A stretch of DNA of 20,000 bases from an uncultured virus (IMG/VR IMGVR_UViG_3300037963_003836) (lineage: Duplodnaviria > Heunggongvirae > Uroviricota > Caudoviricetes): the IMG/VR virus record IMGVR_UViG_3300037963_003836; one strand, given 5' to 3'. Positions within the stretch are counted from its first letter, which is position 1; every line of letters starts with the position of its first letter. Position numbers and translations under genes: made by a program. Below are positions 1-7,679 of the stretch, piece by piece. The notes below the pieces were generated by a model, which searched no databases, was not told the origin of the DNA, and worked only from the letters and a program-made list of their open reading frames with translations.

Positions 1-237
1 AGTATTTAATATCTCTTTTGCTTTTTTGACCAAAGTTGGATGTGATGCGATTTCTAAAAACTTTGGTTGGTAATTACACGCACCGTTTATCTTATTGAGA
101 TTGTCTTCACCATTCCACGAGAAATGTGGGTGTTGTTTACCGTGAGTACCTTCATATGTTTCTTTACATACATTTAAGTAATACTCGTGTTCATCTTTTG
201 TCAGAAAATTATCAATAAGTTCGTAACCGTTTGTCAT
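1..237 (-). CDS. Putative phytanoyl-CoA dioxygenase (PhyH)-like 2OG-Fe(II) oxygenase, N-terminal part (runs off window)
   Basis: Not in ORF track. ATG at 237 directly follows the TAG of the upstream gene and is open to base 1: MTNGYELIDNFLTKDEHEYYLNVCKE...FLEIASHPTLVKKAKEILNT. 'NGY.LI.NFLT.DE' and 'HP.L...A.EIL' are typical of PhyH N-termini. Catalytic residues lie outside the window. Confidence 0.6.
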   Translation of the reverse strand, partial: MTNGYELIDNFLTKDEHEYYLNVCKETYEGTHGKQHPHFSWNGEDNLNKINGACNYQPKFLEIASHPTLVKKAKEILNT

Positions 238-882
238 CTACCAATTGTGAGGTTTTTTCGCTTCAGGATTATCAGTCCAACTCAATAATCTTGTATCTTC
301 AATATCGTGTAGTATAATTGTCTTCGGACCTATTTTTTGGTCATAGAAGTATTCGTAACCAAGTAATTGAACATCGGTGTCCATTGTTTCTATGATTTTA
401 TCATTAAACATTCTACAACCATTTGCCCAATATAGATTGTCATATGTAGATAGACACTCATTTACCATTCTTGAATTTGGTGCTGCCATATAAACTGTAC
501 AATCTACCAATGTATTATTTTCTTGTGAAGGTTTCATTCCTGAAACAAACGTATGTTGTGGACTTAATTTATCTAAGACTACATTAAAAGACTGAACAGG
601 TTTTGCGTCTACATCAACATAAATTCCACCGTGGTCCCTAAGTAGTAAAAGTCTTATCCTATCACAAATAAATGCCCATTTGTATAACTCGGGGTCTTTT
701 GTATAGTTCTGAAGATATTCATCGTCTTTGTATTTCTCTTCAAATACTTCATTACCCCAAAGATAGTGAGTATAATCAGGGTGTAAATCTATCATTTCCT
801 GAACAAACTGTTGACAGTGTTCAGGCATTTCATTATCACCCAACCATAACTGATGAATGATTTTAGGAATTTGTACGTCCAT
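238..882 (-). CDS. DXD-motif glycosyltransferase (GT32/Och1-like, Gly_transf_sug)
   Basis: IPKIIHQLW N-terminus and DRIRLLLLRDHGGIYVDVD signature. Confidence 0.85.
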   Translation of the reverse strand: MDVQIPKIIHQLWLGDNEMPEHCQQFVQEMIDLHPDYTHYLWGNEVFEEKYKDDEYLQNYTKDPELYKWAFICDRIRLLLLRDHGGIYVDVDAKPVQSFNVVLDKLSPQHTFVSGMKPSQENNTLVDCTVYMAAPNSRMVNECLSTYDNLYWANGCRMFNDKIIETMDTDVQLLGYEYFYDQKIGPKTIILHDIEDTRLLSWTDNPEAKKPHNW

Positions 883-902
883 ATATAACTTTCTTTATTT
901 TA

Positions 903-911
903 TATAAATAT
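903..911 (-). promoter_or_regulatory. ATATTTATA motif, putative phage (late) promoter
   Basis: Recurrent motif; here about 20 nt upstream of the ATG at 882. Confidence 0.5.
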
Positions 912-925
912 GATTTTAAATTTAA

Positions 926-1114
926 TCAAATTGATAGGTGACCTAATTTTTCGTGTAGTCTTTTCATATGTTTACACGGTGAATAAGGTCGGAACTGTCG
1001 TGCCATACACTCACAATCTGATATGTGGTAATCTACAACAGTTACATTGTAATAAGACAACTTACCTGTCTTCTTATTACGACTACCCATTTCTCTATAC
1101 TGCCATTTCTTCAT
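926..1114 (-). CDS. SWIM-type zinc-finger protein
   Basis: CECMARQFRPYSPCKH fits CxC-x(n)-CxH. Start moved to MKKWQY (ATG at 1114); the track start is 1138. Confidence 0.7.
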   Translation of the reverse strand: MKKWQYREMGSRNKKTGKLSYYNVTVVDYHISDCECMARQFRPYSPCKHMKRLHEKLGHLSI

Positions 1115-1220
1115 TTTCATCTTCATTATAGAATTCACAACATTCTTTACAATCTGAACACCTACCGTAGTCGATGTCTCCTAACCATGGGGATGACCCA
1201 CAACATTCTGATACATACAT
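1095..1220 (-). CDS. Small Cys-rich (zinc-ribbon-like) protein, 41 aa
   Basis: Not in ORF track: MYVSECCGSSPWLGDIDYGRCSDCKECCEFYNEDENEEMAV*. It fills the gap between neighbours and has a CC...CxxCxxC pattern. Confidence 0.7.
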   Translation of the reverse strand: MYVSECCGSSPWLGDIDYGRCSDCKECCEFYNEDENEEMAV

Positions 1221-1224
1221 AATT

Positions 1225-1425
1225 TTAATTTTTTAACCAATTATACAAACCTTTCCAATCTAACCCAAACAAGGCAACAAACCCCATCGTAGATGAAATA
1301 CTAAAAACTCCTATCTCATTTAACTCACTCTGAAAGTGAATGTACTTTTGTGCTATTCCGAATAACACGGTGTACGAAATAAAGAAGGAAACTAATGATG
1401 TTAATACAATTTGATAATTTTTCAT
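1225..1425 (-). CDS. Small membrane protein (2 predicted TM segments)
   Basis: Hydrophobic stretches IVLTSLVSFFISYTVLFGIA and IGVFSISSTMGFVALFGL; ATG at 1425 preferred to TTG at 1434. Confidence 0.6.
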   Translation of the reverse strand: MKNYQIVLTSLVSFFISYTVLFGIAQKYIHFQSELNEIGVFSISSTMGFVALFGLDWKGLYNWLKN

Positions 1426-1439
1426 AATATTCAATTTTT

Positions 1440-1505
1440 AAAAAAAAAGGTGGTTTGTTTCACAGGTTTTTGTCCCTTAAGTCTAACCACCTTAGGAAAA
1501 GACTT
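1440..1505 (-). terminator. Structured intergenic RNA: 9-bp stem with U-tract (terminator-like), compatible with an H-type pseudoknot
   Basis: Minus strand reads AAGUCU-UUUCCU-AAGGUGGUU-AGACUU-(23 nt)-AACCACCUU-UUUUUUU. Confidence 0.45.
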
Positions 1506-1514
1506 GCGTTTCTT

Positions 1515-2096
1515 TTACTTACCGTTTAGATGACCTAATGGATTTAAAACGTTACATATATTTTTGTATTCTTTATCGGTCATATAAGTTTTATTTTTAA
1601 GTAGGAACTCTGTTTTGTTTTTGTAATGGTCTTTCAATTCGTTCCACTCATTCATCCAATACTCAACTGTACCCCACTTTGGTTTATTGTTTACAAATAC
1701 ATAAGAAGGGAAGTACTTCATTGGAGTACCGTTATCAGTAGTTGGGTCGTCAGTTCTGTATTCATAGATATCTTCCATACCATTGAAACTACCACCTTTG
1801 AACAGTTGAGAGAAGTTCTCTATTTGTTCGTAAATATCTTTATCTACTGATGAACCATCTTGGTTAGAAACGTAGATGTCACAAGAAGAACCACCACTGT
1901 ATACTGAAGAAGTTGCCCATACATTCAATAAGGGAAAGTTTTTCTTAACATATTGTTTGATTATTGAAGAACAATACTTTGCTCTCATTTGGATGTATGT
2001 TTCATCTTCCCACTGAGAAGAACCCTTGAATACCACTGCTGATTTTGGTAACTCGTAGTTTACACCTTGGATTGTTAATTTGATTTTTTTACTCAT
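1515..2096 (-). CDS. LPD29-like (large polyvalent protein-associated domain) protein
   Basis: IKQYVKKNFP...SVYSGGSSCDIYV...GGSFNGMEDIYEY resembles the LPD29 pattern (YSGGSSI...FDGMxD). Start is 2096 (A-rich leader) or 2126. Confidence 0.6.
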   Translation of the reverse strand: MSKKIKLTIQGVNYELPKSAVVFKGSSQWEDETYIQMRAKYCSSIIKQYVKKNFPLLNVWATSSVYSGGSSCDIYVSNQDGSSVDKDIYEQIENFSQLFKGGSFNGMEDIYEYRTDDPTTDNGTPMKYFPSYVFVNNKPKWGTVEYWMNEWNELKDHYKNKTEFLLKNKTYMTDKEYKNICNVLNPLGHLNGK

Positions 2097-2126
2097 ATTT
2101 TTTATTTTTAAACTCTTATTACTCAT

Positions 2127-2214
2127 TCTTACACTACTAATATCGTTAATATTCTTGACAATTCCAAATTTTTAATGTTAAATAATTGTTAAATTTTTGT
2201 TAAAAATATGTTAA
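2127..2214 (-). promoter_or_regulatory. Duplicated promoter element, copy A, with four 11-bp-phased TTAACA boxes
   Basis: TTAACA-N5 x4 (plus-strand TGTTAA at 2176, 2187, 2198, 2209), then TTTGGAATT-N15-GATATTAGTA. 2127-2198 matches 2964-3035 at 64 of 72 positions. Confidence 0.7.
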
Positions 2215-2568
2215 CAAAGACTCTTCTTTAACCTTATTATATTCGTTAGCGTCCACTTTTATTCCAAGTTTATTTGCAATATCCAATCCTTTGTCCCACG
2301 CATTCACCTCATTTATGAATTTGTACATATTAAACTTTTTTGGGGATTTATCCTCATCAATTTCTTTAAAATAGTTTTCATATTTATTTTGATAAGCATG
2401 TCCAACTTCGTGTAGTAACGTATAAAGACCGTTCTTTTTCAGATTATGATTATGGTGAATAAAGATAGTTTTGTTCTTATGTCCCATAAACGCGGTTATC
2501 TGACCCATTTTAACATCTATTCCTAAATCGTCCTTGACGTACTTAGAAACCTTTTGAAAGTCTGTCAC
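2200..2568 (-). CDS. HExxH zincin-like metallopeptidase (ImmA/IrrE-like)
   Basis: LLHEVGHA plus downstream EVNAW; GTG start overlaps the upstream TAG. Confidence 0.7.
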   Translation of the reverse strand: MTDFQKVSKYVKDDLGIDVKMGQITAFMGHKNKTIFIHHNHNLKKNGLYTLLHEVGHAYQNKYENYFKEIDEDKSPKKFNMYKFINEVNAWDKGLDIANKLGIKVDANEYNKVKEESLLTYF

Positions 2569-2954
2569 TATATAAACTTTATGTAATCTTTTTCGTAACT
2601 TATTGCTTCTTTTTCATATGGGTGAGATACATAATCGTGACCCATATTGTAATATCTTTTGAACCAAATCGGTGATTGTAAGTAGTGAATGTATTCGTGA
2701 ATCAAAGTCTGAATAACCATCTTCTTACTTTTCATATTAGGATAGTAAACAGTAATCTCATTCATATCACTACAATACTCAGCGTGACATCCACTCTCCT
2801 CACCATCAGAACCTTCTTCACCACTATACTTTTCGTAAATGTTTTTGTGTAACTCAACATAAGGAGTACACTCTTGGAACTTTGAGAATCCATAATGGTT
2901 CTCTATCTTTGGAAGAACCTCGTTAATTATTTCTTGAACTTTTGATTTTTTCAT
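2568..2954 (-). CDS. HExxH zincin-like metallopeptidase
   Basis: TLIHEYIHYLQ ... HPYEKEA. Confidence 0.7.
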   Translation of the reverse strand: MKKSKVQEIINEVLPKIENHYGFSKFQECTPYVELHKNIYEKYSGEEGSDGEESGCHAEYCSDMNEITVYYPNMKSKKMVIQTLIHEYIHYLQSPIWFKRYYNMGHDYVSHPYEKEAISYEKDYIKFI

Positions 2955-2963
2955 ATCTCTTAA

Positions 2964-3035
2964 TCTTACACTACTAATATCGTCATAATTTGTGACAATT
3001 CCAAATTTTTAATGTTAAATTTATGTTAAATTTTT
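2964..3035 (-). promoter_or_regulatory. Duplicated promoter element, copy B, with two TTAACA boxes
   Basis: Direct repeat of 2127-2198; plus-strand TGTTAA at 3013 and 3024; TTTGGAATT-N15-GATATTAGTA. Confidence 0.7.
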
Positions 3036-3673
3036 CTGTGTTTAAATTGTGGATTTGATATCTCATTGGGTGGTTCCCACTGATAATGTTTTTCATCTTT
3101 CATGTATCCAAAGTTTATGTAGTCATCAAGAAATCTATCATAACATACTTGTCTGAGGTGTTCTTCATCGAATGGAATCGGTGGTGTATAAGTTTTACCA
3201 ACAGTTGGTACCACAACATCTTCAGGGATAAACCAAAGTTTTTTTAAAGATACTTCAAGATTTTCCGCTCTAATTAGAAAATCTATTTGTTTTGATGTAT
3301 TATTTATTAGATTCCAAAGTCCCCAACCATTTATCCAATCCTGTGACATATTTTGTAAACATTCAATTGGTCCATTTTTTGGGTCTATCATTTCGTGAAG
3401 TTCACCACCATATCCATACTTCCAATAACTTAACCACCTATAATATGGATGTCTAATACTTGCAATATGCATATAATCTTTACCTGCTAATTCAGGCCAA
3501 TTGTTTACATGAGTAAAATCAGATGTATGTTCATCAGAGGGCCAATCAGGATTCAAATTACAATACTTTCTAAAAACATCTTTTACCGACCTTGATGCTA
3601 CTTTAGCAGGTGCGGTCCAAACGAATTTATATTTGTGACTTATATTTGCACCTCTTTTGAGTGGGTCTATCAT
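3026..3673 (-). CDS. Sulfotransferase family protein (Sulfotransfer_2-like)
   Basis: KYKFVWTAPAKVASRSV (5'-PSB-like), SIRHPYYRWLSYWKY (3'-PB-like), DFLIRAENL, DYINFGY; ATGA overlap at 3670-3673. Confidence 0.75.
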   Translation of the reverse strand: MIDPLKRGANISHKYKFVWTAPAKVASRSVKDVFRKYCNLNPDWPSDEHTSDFTHVNNWPELAGKDYMHIASIRHPYYRWLSYWKYGYGGELHEMIDPKNGPIECLQNMSQDWINGWGLWNLINNTSKQIDFLIRAENLEVSLKKLWFIPEDVVVPTVGKTYTPPIPFDEEHLRQVCYDRFLDDYINFGYMKDEKHYQWEPPNEISNPQFKHRKI

Positions 3674-4203
3674 AGAGTAATGTGATGAGAAGTTAACCAA
3701 GTTGTAAATGTATATCGTACACCCGATGTTACGGTATGTGCCTCGTGTTTTATATCTGAATCAAATATTATGACGTTTCCTCTTGTTGTATTCATAACAG
3801 TTTGTTCAGTCCCGTGATACAGTGTTAATCCCCCACCCTCAAAATCACTTGGGTTTGAAAGATTAATAATTAGAGTCTTTAATCTATCTGAGTATAGTCT
3901 TTTGGTTTTATCAACGTGTTTTTTAAAATAGTTACCTGTTTCGTACTTATTGATTCTTGCTGTACTTAGTAGACCTTGAATGTTCCACTTTCCTATTTTA
4001 TTTAGTAACATCGTCTTTAATGAATCAGAAAGTTCATACTTACCTTCAGATGCTTTTCTATGTGAATCATCTGAGTATCCGTAGTTGATTTCAGTACCCT
4101 GTCCTTTTTGGACTAACGTTGCTGAATTCCATTCAGTTACACCATCTATTAGACTTTGACATTCACTATCTGTAAATAAAACCTCTTGAACTATTCTATC
4201 CAT
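3670..4203 (-). CDS. 2OG-Fe(II) oxygenase (prolyl 4-hydroxylase-like)
   Basis: KYETGNYFKKHVD (HxD), FEGGGL, HEAHTVTSGVRY (distal His and 2OG-binding Arg). Confidence 0.85.
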   Translation of the reverse strand: MDRIVQEVLFTDSECQSLIDGVTEWNSATLVQKGQGTEINYGYSDDSHRKASEGKYELSDSLKTMLLNKIGKWNIQGLLSTARINKYETGNYFKKHVDKTKRLYSDRLKTLIINLSNPSDFEGGGLTLYHGTEQTVMNTTRGNVIIFDSDIKHEAHTVTSGVRYTFTTWLTSHHITL

Positions 4204-4787
4204 TATTTCTCCGTATTAAAAAAGAATGTTTGGAACAACCTTCCATCATATTTATCTTGACCAAAATAATCTAATGATTGATGAAAGAAATCACCTCTAT
4301 AAATTATCAGTCTATTATATATATTCGCAAATTTATCTACAAGTTCCCATTTTGTATAATCTTGTGAATCTTTATATATTTTATCTAATAACTCACGGTC
4401 TGTTTCACCATTTTCTAATCGAGGACATTCTATTAATCCTGTAGGTTTGTGTTTAAAAATACCTGTTCCCGAACTGAGTGGTGCATTTGGTGTTAAAAAA
4501 CAAACACCTGCCCATCTTGTTGTTTGGTCACAGTGAATCCAACTTCTATCTCTTGATGTTGTAAATTGGTACGAACCTGTATATTCTTCGTCACCCCAAA
4601 ATATAACATTACCCCATCTTGGTGAGATAACATCATTAATTACTTGTTTTACTGAATCGTTTAAAAATGATTTGGTTCGAGGGCCTGGATAGTTTCCTCG
4701 TACACTGAAATCTTGTTCTAATGCAAACTGTCTTACTTCATCGACATTACTATAGAACTCATCTATGATAAATGCGTTTACTCTCAT
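4203..4787 (-). CDS. DUF6445-like 2OG-Fe(II) oxygenase-fold protein
   Basis: IIDEFYSNVDEVR, NYPGPR, WIHCD, WAGVCFLTP..SGT, NRLIIYRG..H, RLFQTFF. Confidence 0.7.
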   Translation of the reverse strand: MRVNAFIIDEFYSNVDEVRQFALEQDFSVRGNYPGPRTKSFLNDSVKQVINDVISPRWGNVIFWGDEEYTGSYQFTTSRDRSWIHCDQTTRWAGVCFLTPNAPLSSGTGIFKHKPTGLIECPRLENGETDRELLDKIYKDSQDYTKWELVDKFANIYNRLIIYRGDFFHQSLDYFGQDKYDGRLFQTFFFNTEK

Positions 4788-4802
4788 AACTACTTTCTAA
4801 AT

Positions 4803-4949
4803 CTAAATCGTTCTAAATCTTCTCGATTGATTCCAATGTACTCTTGGAGTCGCTCCTAAGAACTTTTTACCTGCTACTCTGTCGTTGAAATCGTTACGGA
4901 CTTGATTTAGTTGTGTATTTCCGTTGTCTTGATTTTTAATGTTGCTCAT
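4803..4949 (-). CDS. Small hypothetical protein, 48 aa
   Basis: Not in ORF track: MSNIKNQDNGNTQLNQVRNDFNDRVAGKKFLGATPRVHWNQSRRFRTI*. It fills the gap between neighbours. Confidence 0.6.
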   Translation of the reverse strand: MSNIKNQDNGNTQLNQVRNDFNDRVAGKKFLGATPRVHWNQSRRFRTI

Positions 4950-4956
4950 TTACGTT

Positions 4957-5871
4957 TTACATATACTTTGTTATACTATCAGGAGCGTTATTTTTCACCC
5001 AATTGAAAAGTTTTTCCTTCCAAACTTTCTCAGGTAATATACTCCCACCTTCTTTCTTCACGGGTAGAGATAAAAATCCTTTTGCAATTCCTTCAACCTC
5101 GTTTCCGTCTTTGTCTTTATATTTGACTGTATGTTTTGGATTGTTTAGAATTACGTCTACTCTACCGTTTACACCCTTTGGCATTGCTTTTGTTATCAAT
5201 CCCCAAACAGTGTTTGCTGCACCTTCGTGAGTTTTTAATAAAATATCCTCAGGTACCATTCTCTCTCTTTGTTTGTTGTTTTCCATTGCAGTTACGAAGT
5301 TAGTAAGAATCCACGTTAAGTGAACATTTTTAGATTGGTATCCTGCCTTCTTTAACATAGGAACTACCTTCGTAATATCTGAAACATCTTTTGCTGTAAT
5401 ATCAAACATAATATTAGGAAGTGTCTCAGGATTATCTTTACCTACAAATAGTTTTTCTAATGAACTATCTTTGATACCCATTGCTTTTACTAACTGATGT
5501 AATGCTCTAACGTGGTTAGGTTGTTTCAGTTGTAAGTTTCTTAATTGAAATCCTTGTGATTGAATACTTCTAATATTTTCTATTTCTTTTGCTGGTATGT
5601 TTTTACCAAACTTCTTTATGATTCCATCTATATCGATTTTACCCATTCTATTTAGAATCTGTAATTGTTTTTTCATTTTATCGACATCACGAACCTTGAA
5701 CATTTCTTTATCTAAAAAGTGATTTGATGCGAATCCTTTACCTGAACCTGCTCCACCTGCTAAGAATACTACCTGACCGTATGGTTTTCTGTTATTGTAA
5801 ACCATTAACTTTTCGTCAAGTTGTTCTTCGTTAATTACTTCTAATATGAAATCTTTTATATTCCAACTCAT
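4957..5871 (-). CDS. P-loop kinase/NTPase (zeta-toxin/AAA_33-like) with acidic N-terminal leader
   Basis: Walker A VVFLAGGAGSGKG, IMFDIT Walker-B-like strand, NKQRERMVP lid-like motif. Confidence 0.7.
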   Translation of the reverse strand: MSWNIKDFILEVINEEQLDEKLMVYNNRKPYGQVVFLAGGAGSGKGFASNHFLDKEMFKVRDVDKMKKQLQILNRMGKIDIDGIIKKFGKNIPAKEIENIRSIQSQGFQLRNLQLKQPNHVRALHQLVKAMGIKDSSLEKLFVGKDNPETLPNIMFDITAKDVSDITKVVPMLKKAGYQSKNVHLTWILTNFVTAMENNKQRERMVPEDILLKTHEGAANTVWGLITKAMPKGVNGRVDVILNNPKHTVKYKDKDGNEVEGIAKGFLSLPVKKEGGSILPEKVWKEKLFNWVKNNAPDSITKYM

Positions 5872-6050
5872 TTTTTAACTCCGTTGTACGGAAACATCCT
5901 ATTTAATTTTTCACGTCTTTTGTCACATCCGCAATCATCTGCTCCTGCGACTTCTGCGATTTTCTCAGCCAACCTATCTAATTTAGTTGCTGATGTGATT
6001 TTAGCTATGGTGTCACCTAAACCTTTTGATGGTATGTTAGTCTTCTTCAT
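5868..6050 (-). CDS. Small phage protein of the GLGD...CGC type
   Basis: SKGLGDTIAKIT...DCGCDKRREKLNRMFPY, a pattern I recognise from phage hypothetical proteins; ATGA overlap with the next gene. Confidence 0.7.
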   Translation of the reverse strand: MKKTNIPSKGLGDTIAKITSATKLDRLAEKIAEVAGADDCGCDKRREKLNRMFPYNGVKK

Positions 6051-6288
6051 AGTAATCTACTTCCACATTAAATCCGTTTTTAATAAATAGTTCATAATAA
6101 TGGTCAACGATTAATTCATCACCTGTAAATATATTACAACGACCTGTTGTATGAACTATATTTGCTATTGACTGACCCTGAGTAGTTGGATATGACATAT
6201 ATTTTTTCAAAACATTTATGACATCCATAAAACTATTCACGTTATCATTTAATAAATATAAGGTTTTTTTTCTTTCCCCGTATGTCAT
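6037..6288 (-). CDS. clpS: ClpS-like ATP-dependent Clp protease adaptor
   Basis: LYLLNDNVNSFMDVINVL...IANIVHTTGRCNIFTG matches the ClpS core (LxNDDxNTFxxVI...IVHxxGKC). Confidence 0.75.
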   Translation of the reverse strand: MTYGERKKTLYLLNDNVNSFMDVINVLKKYMSYPTTQGQSIANIVHTTGRCNIFTGDELIVDHYYELFIKNGFNVEVDYYEED

Positions 6289-6485
6289 AAATCGTAATAA
6301 ATTACTTCTTCTATATCGTACTTGTTTTTAAACTTTGTGATGTAAATTGGAACCTCGACTTCGTGACAAATCTCTGCTGCTACTTTGGTCCCACCTGGCT
6401 CATCTGTTACTACATATAAAATTTTGTTACCTAATTCTTTAGTACTCGATAATAAATTATCAAGACTTTTTACTACTATTTTCAT
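6285..6485 (-). CDS. Hypothetical protein
   Basis: Likely start MKIVVK (ATG 6485); ATGA coupling to the clpS-like gene. Confidence 0.55.
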   Translation of the reverse strand: MKIVVKSLDNLLSSTKELGNKILYVVTDEPGGTKVAAEICHEVEVPIYITKFKNKYDIEEVIYYDL

Positions 6486-6669
6486 TTGTTCTCTCCAACA
6501 TATCCATGAGTTCTTGAACATGCTTACACTTCTCGTATTCTTCTACTTCGAGATAGTGGTCCATCATCTTCTTTAATACTCTTTTTTTAGTAGACTTGTC
6601 AATATAAGTTGGGTTGTACAACAGTATGTCGTAAACCTCATCTATCGCTTTGTCTACATAGTTATCCAT
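6460..6669 (-). CDS. Small protein with UVR (UvrB/UvrC)-like motif
   Basis: MMDHYLEVEEYEKCKHVQELMD resembles the UVR E[DE]YEKAAxLRD hairpin. The ATG is embedded in the TATATTTATG motif. Confidence 0.55.
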   Translation of the reverse strand: MDNYVDKAIDEVYDILLYNPTYIDKSTKKRVLKKMMDHYLEVEEYEKCKHVQELMDMLERTNENSSKKS

Positions 6670-6695
6670 AAATATAATTTGGAAAGTTAATAAAA

Positions 6696-7079
6696 CTAAA
6701 TTTTACCTATTGCTTCGGAAAAAATCCACCCTAAAAGACCAATTAGTCCACTAAATAGTACCCAAAGTGCTCTCGAGACAGTTGATTTCCATTCTTGAAG
6801 TTTTTCTAACTCGTTTTCTAACTCTAAAACTCTGTCAGGAACTTCTTCCATTTCTTCTCTTACTTCAGTGTTTTTATTTACTCTGACTATTACACCATTC
6901 TCAGGATTTAGTAATGTGTATTTAATATCAGATAAATCTTCTTTGATGTCTGTGTAATTTTCCTTCATCTCTATAATCGTTGTCTCCATTCTTTTTAACT
7001 CGCCATTTGGGAGTTTAGTTTTCATAGACGACAATTCTTGTAGAATGTTCTCTAAAATGTCTTTGTTTGTAGCTGCCAT
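6696..7079 (-). CDS. Coiled-coil protein with C-terminal TM helix
   Basis: Heptad-rich body; C-terminal ALWVLFSGLIGLLGWIF. Confidence 0.65.
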   Translation of the reverse strand: MAATNKDILENILQELSSMKTKLPNGELKRMETTIIEMKENYTDIKEDLSDIKYTLLNPENGVIVRVNKNTEVREEMEEVPDRVLELENELEKLQEWKSTVSRALWVLFSGLIGLLGWIFSEAIGKI

Positions 7080-7095
7080 TGTATATCCTATTTCT

Positions 7096-7665
7096 CTATA
7101 AATATGTCTTAGACAACTCTTCTATATGATTTTCTATCAAATTCTTTCTTTGACTCGGTGATAAATGTTCAACAGCAAGTACAGACTTGATTCTTACGTC
7201 AGGATATTTTCTCTGTAACTGTTGTACTGCTCTTACATTTTTAAGTGAGTCATCCATAAATGCGATATCAGTGTAACCTTTTGCAATATGTTTTTCAATC
7301 CAATCTGCTTTATCTTTTGGATTGTTACTTGCTAATGTGACAGGATATACATCTAATCCATATTCATCTTTAAAAAACTTTCTGATTGGGAATCCTAATG
7401 CTCTTGCAGTAAGTATCGTAACTTTTTTATTGGGGTTCTTTAACATCTGTTGAAGTAATTTGAAGTTTTTCTTAATTACTCTCGGTTTGTTCAACATACT
7501 GTTAAAATCTCTGAAATCAAACTCATCACCTCTTTTGGGTTTATATTTTGCATATTGTGCAGGTGACAAAGTTATTTCTTTTCCGTCTTTACCTTTTACA
7601 TAGATATATGCTACACTTTTTGCAAGTGTATCATCGAAATCAAAAACTCTTAATATTCTACCCAT
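7096..7665 (-). CDS. HAD-superfamily phosphatase
   Basis: Motif I VFDFDDTL, motif II ILTAR, motif III Lys, motif IV FMDDS. Confidence 0.85.
   Translation of the reverse strand: MGRILRVFDFDDTLAKSVAYIYVKGKDGKEITLSPAQYAKYKPKRGDEFDFRDFNSMLNKPRVIKKNFKLLQQMLKNPNKKVTILTARALGFPIRKFFKDEYGLDVYPVTLASNNPKDKADWIEKHIAKGYTDIAFMDDSLKNVRAVQQLQRKYPDVRIKSVLAVEHLSPSQRKNLIENHIEELSKTYL
7097..7105 (-). promoter_or_regulatory. ATATTTATA motif
   Basis: Overlaps the HAD stop codon; 17 nt upstream of the ATG at 7079. Confidence 0.45.
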
Positions 7666-7679
7666 AATTTATCCTTTAG

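Noticed and set aside
235..240. In-frame TAG-ATG junction suggesting amber recoding or a GT-PhyH fusion
   Set aside because: Genes throughout the window are intact in the standard code and TAG ends many at natural boundaries, so there is no sign of recoding
903..910. T4 late promoter TATAAATA on the plus strand
   Set aside because: It points away from all genes; the functional orientation is more plausibly the minus-strand TATTTATA
1440..1530. c-di-GMP-I, SAM/SAH riboswitch, or hammerhead, twister or HDV ribozyme
   Set aside because: Only fragmentary resemblance (ACGCAA, UUCCU, GAAAC); core consensus elements are missing
2127..3035. 72-bp direct repeat as a CRISPR array, att site or IS end
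   Set aside because: Only two copies 837 bp apart, each directly upstream of a gene and varying in spacers as promoters do; no cas, integrase or transposase nearby
4795..4820. Short tandem TTCTAAATC repeat
   Set aside because: Low complexity, spans an ORF end, and is expected by chance in AT-rich DNA
4957..5871. Zeta toxin-antitoxin system
   Set aside because: Only generic P-loop kinase motifs are visible and no epsilon-like antitoxin is recognisable
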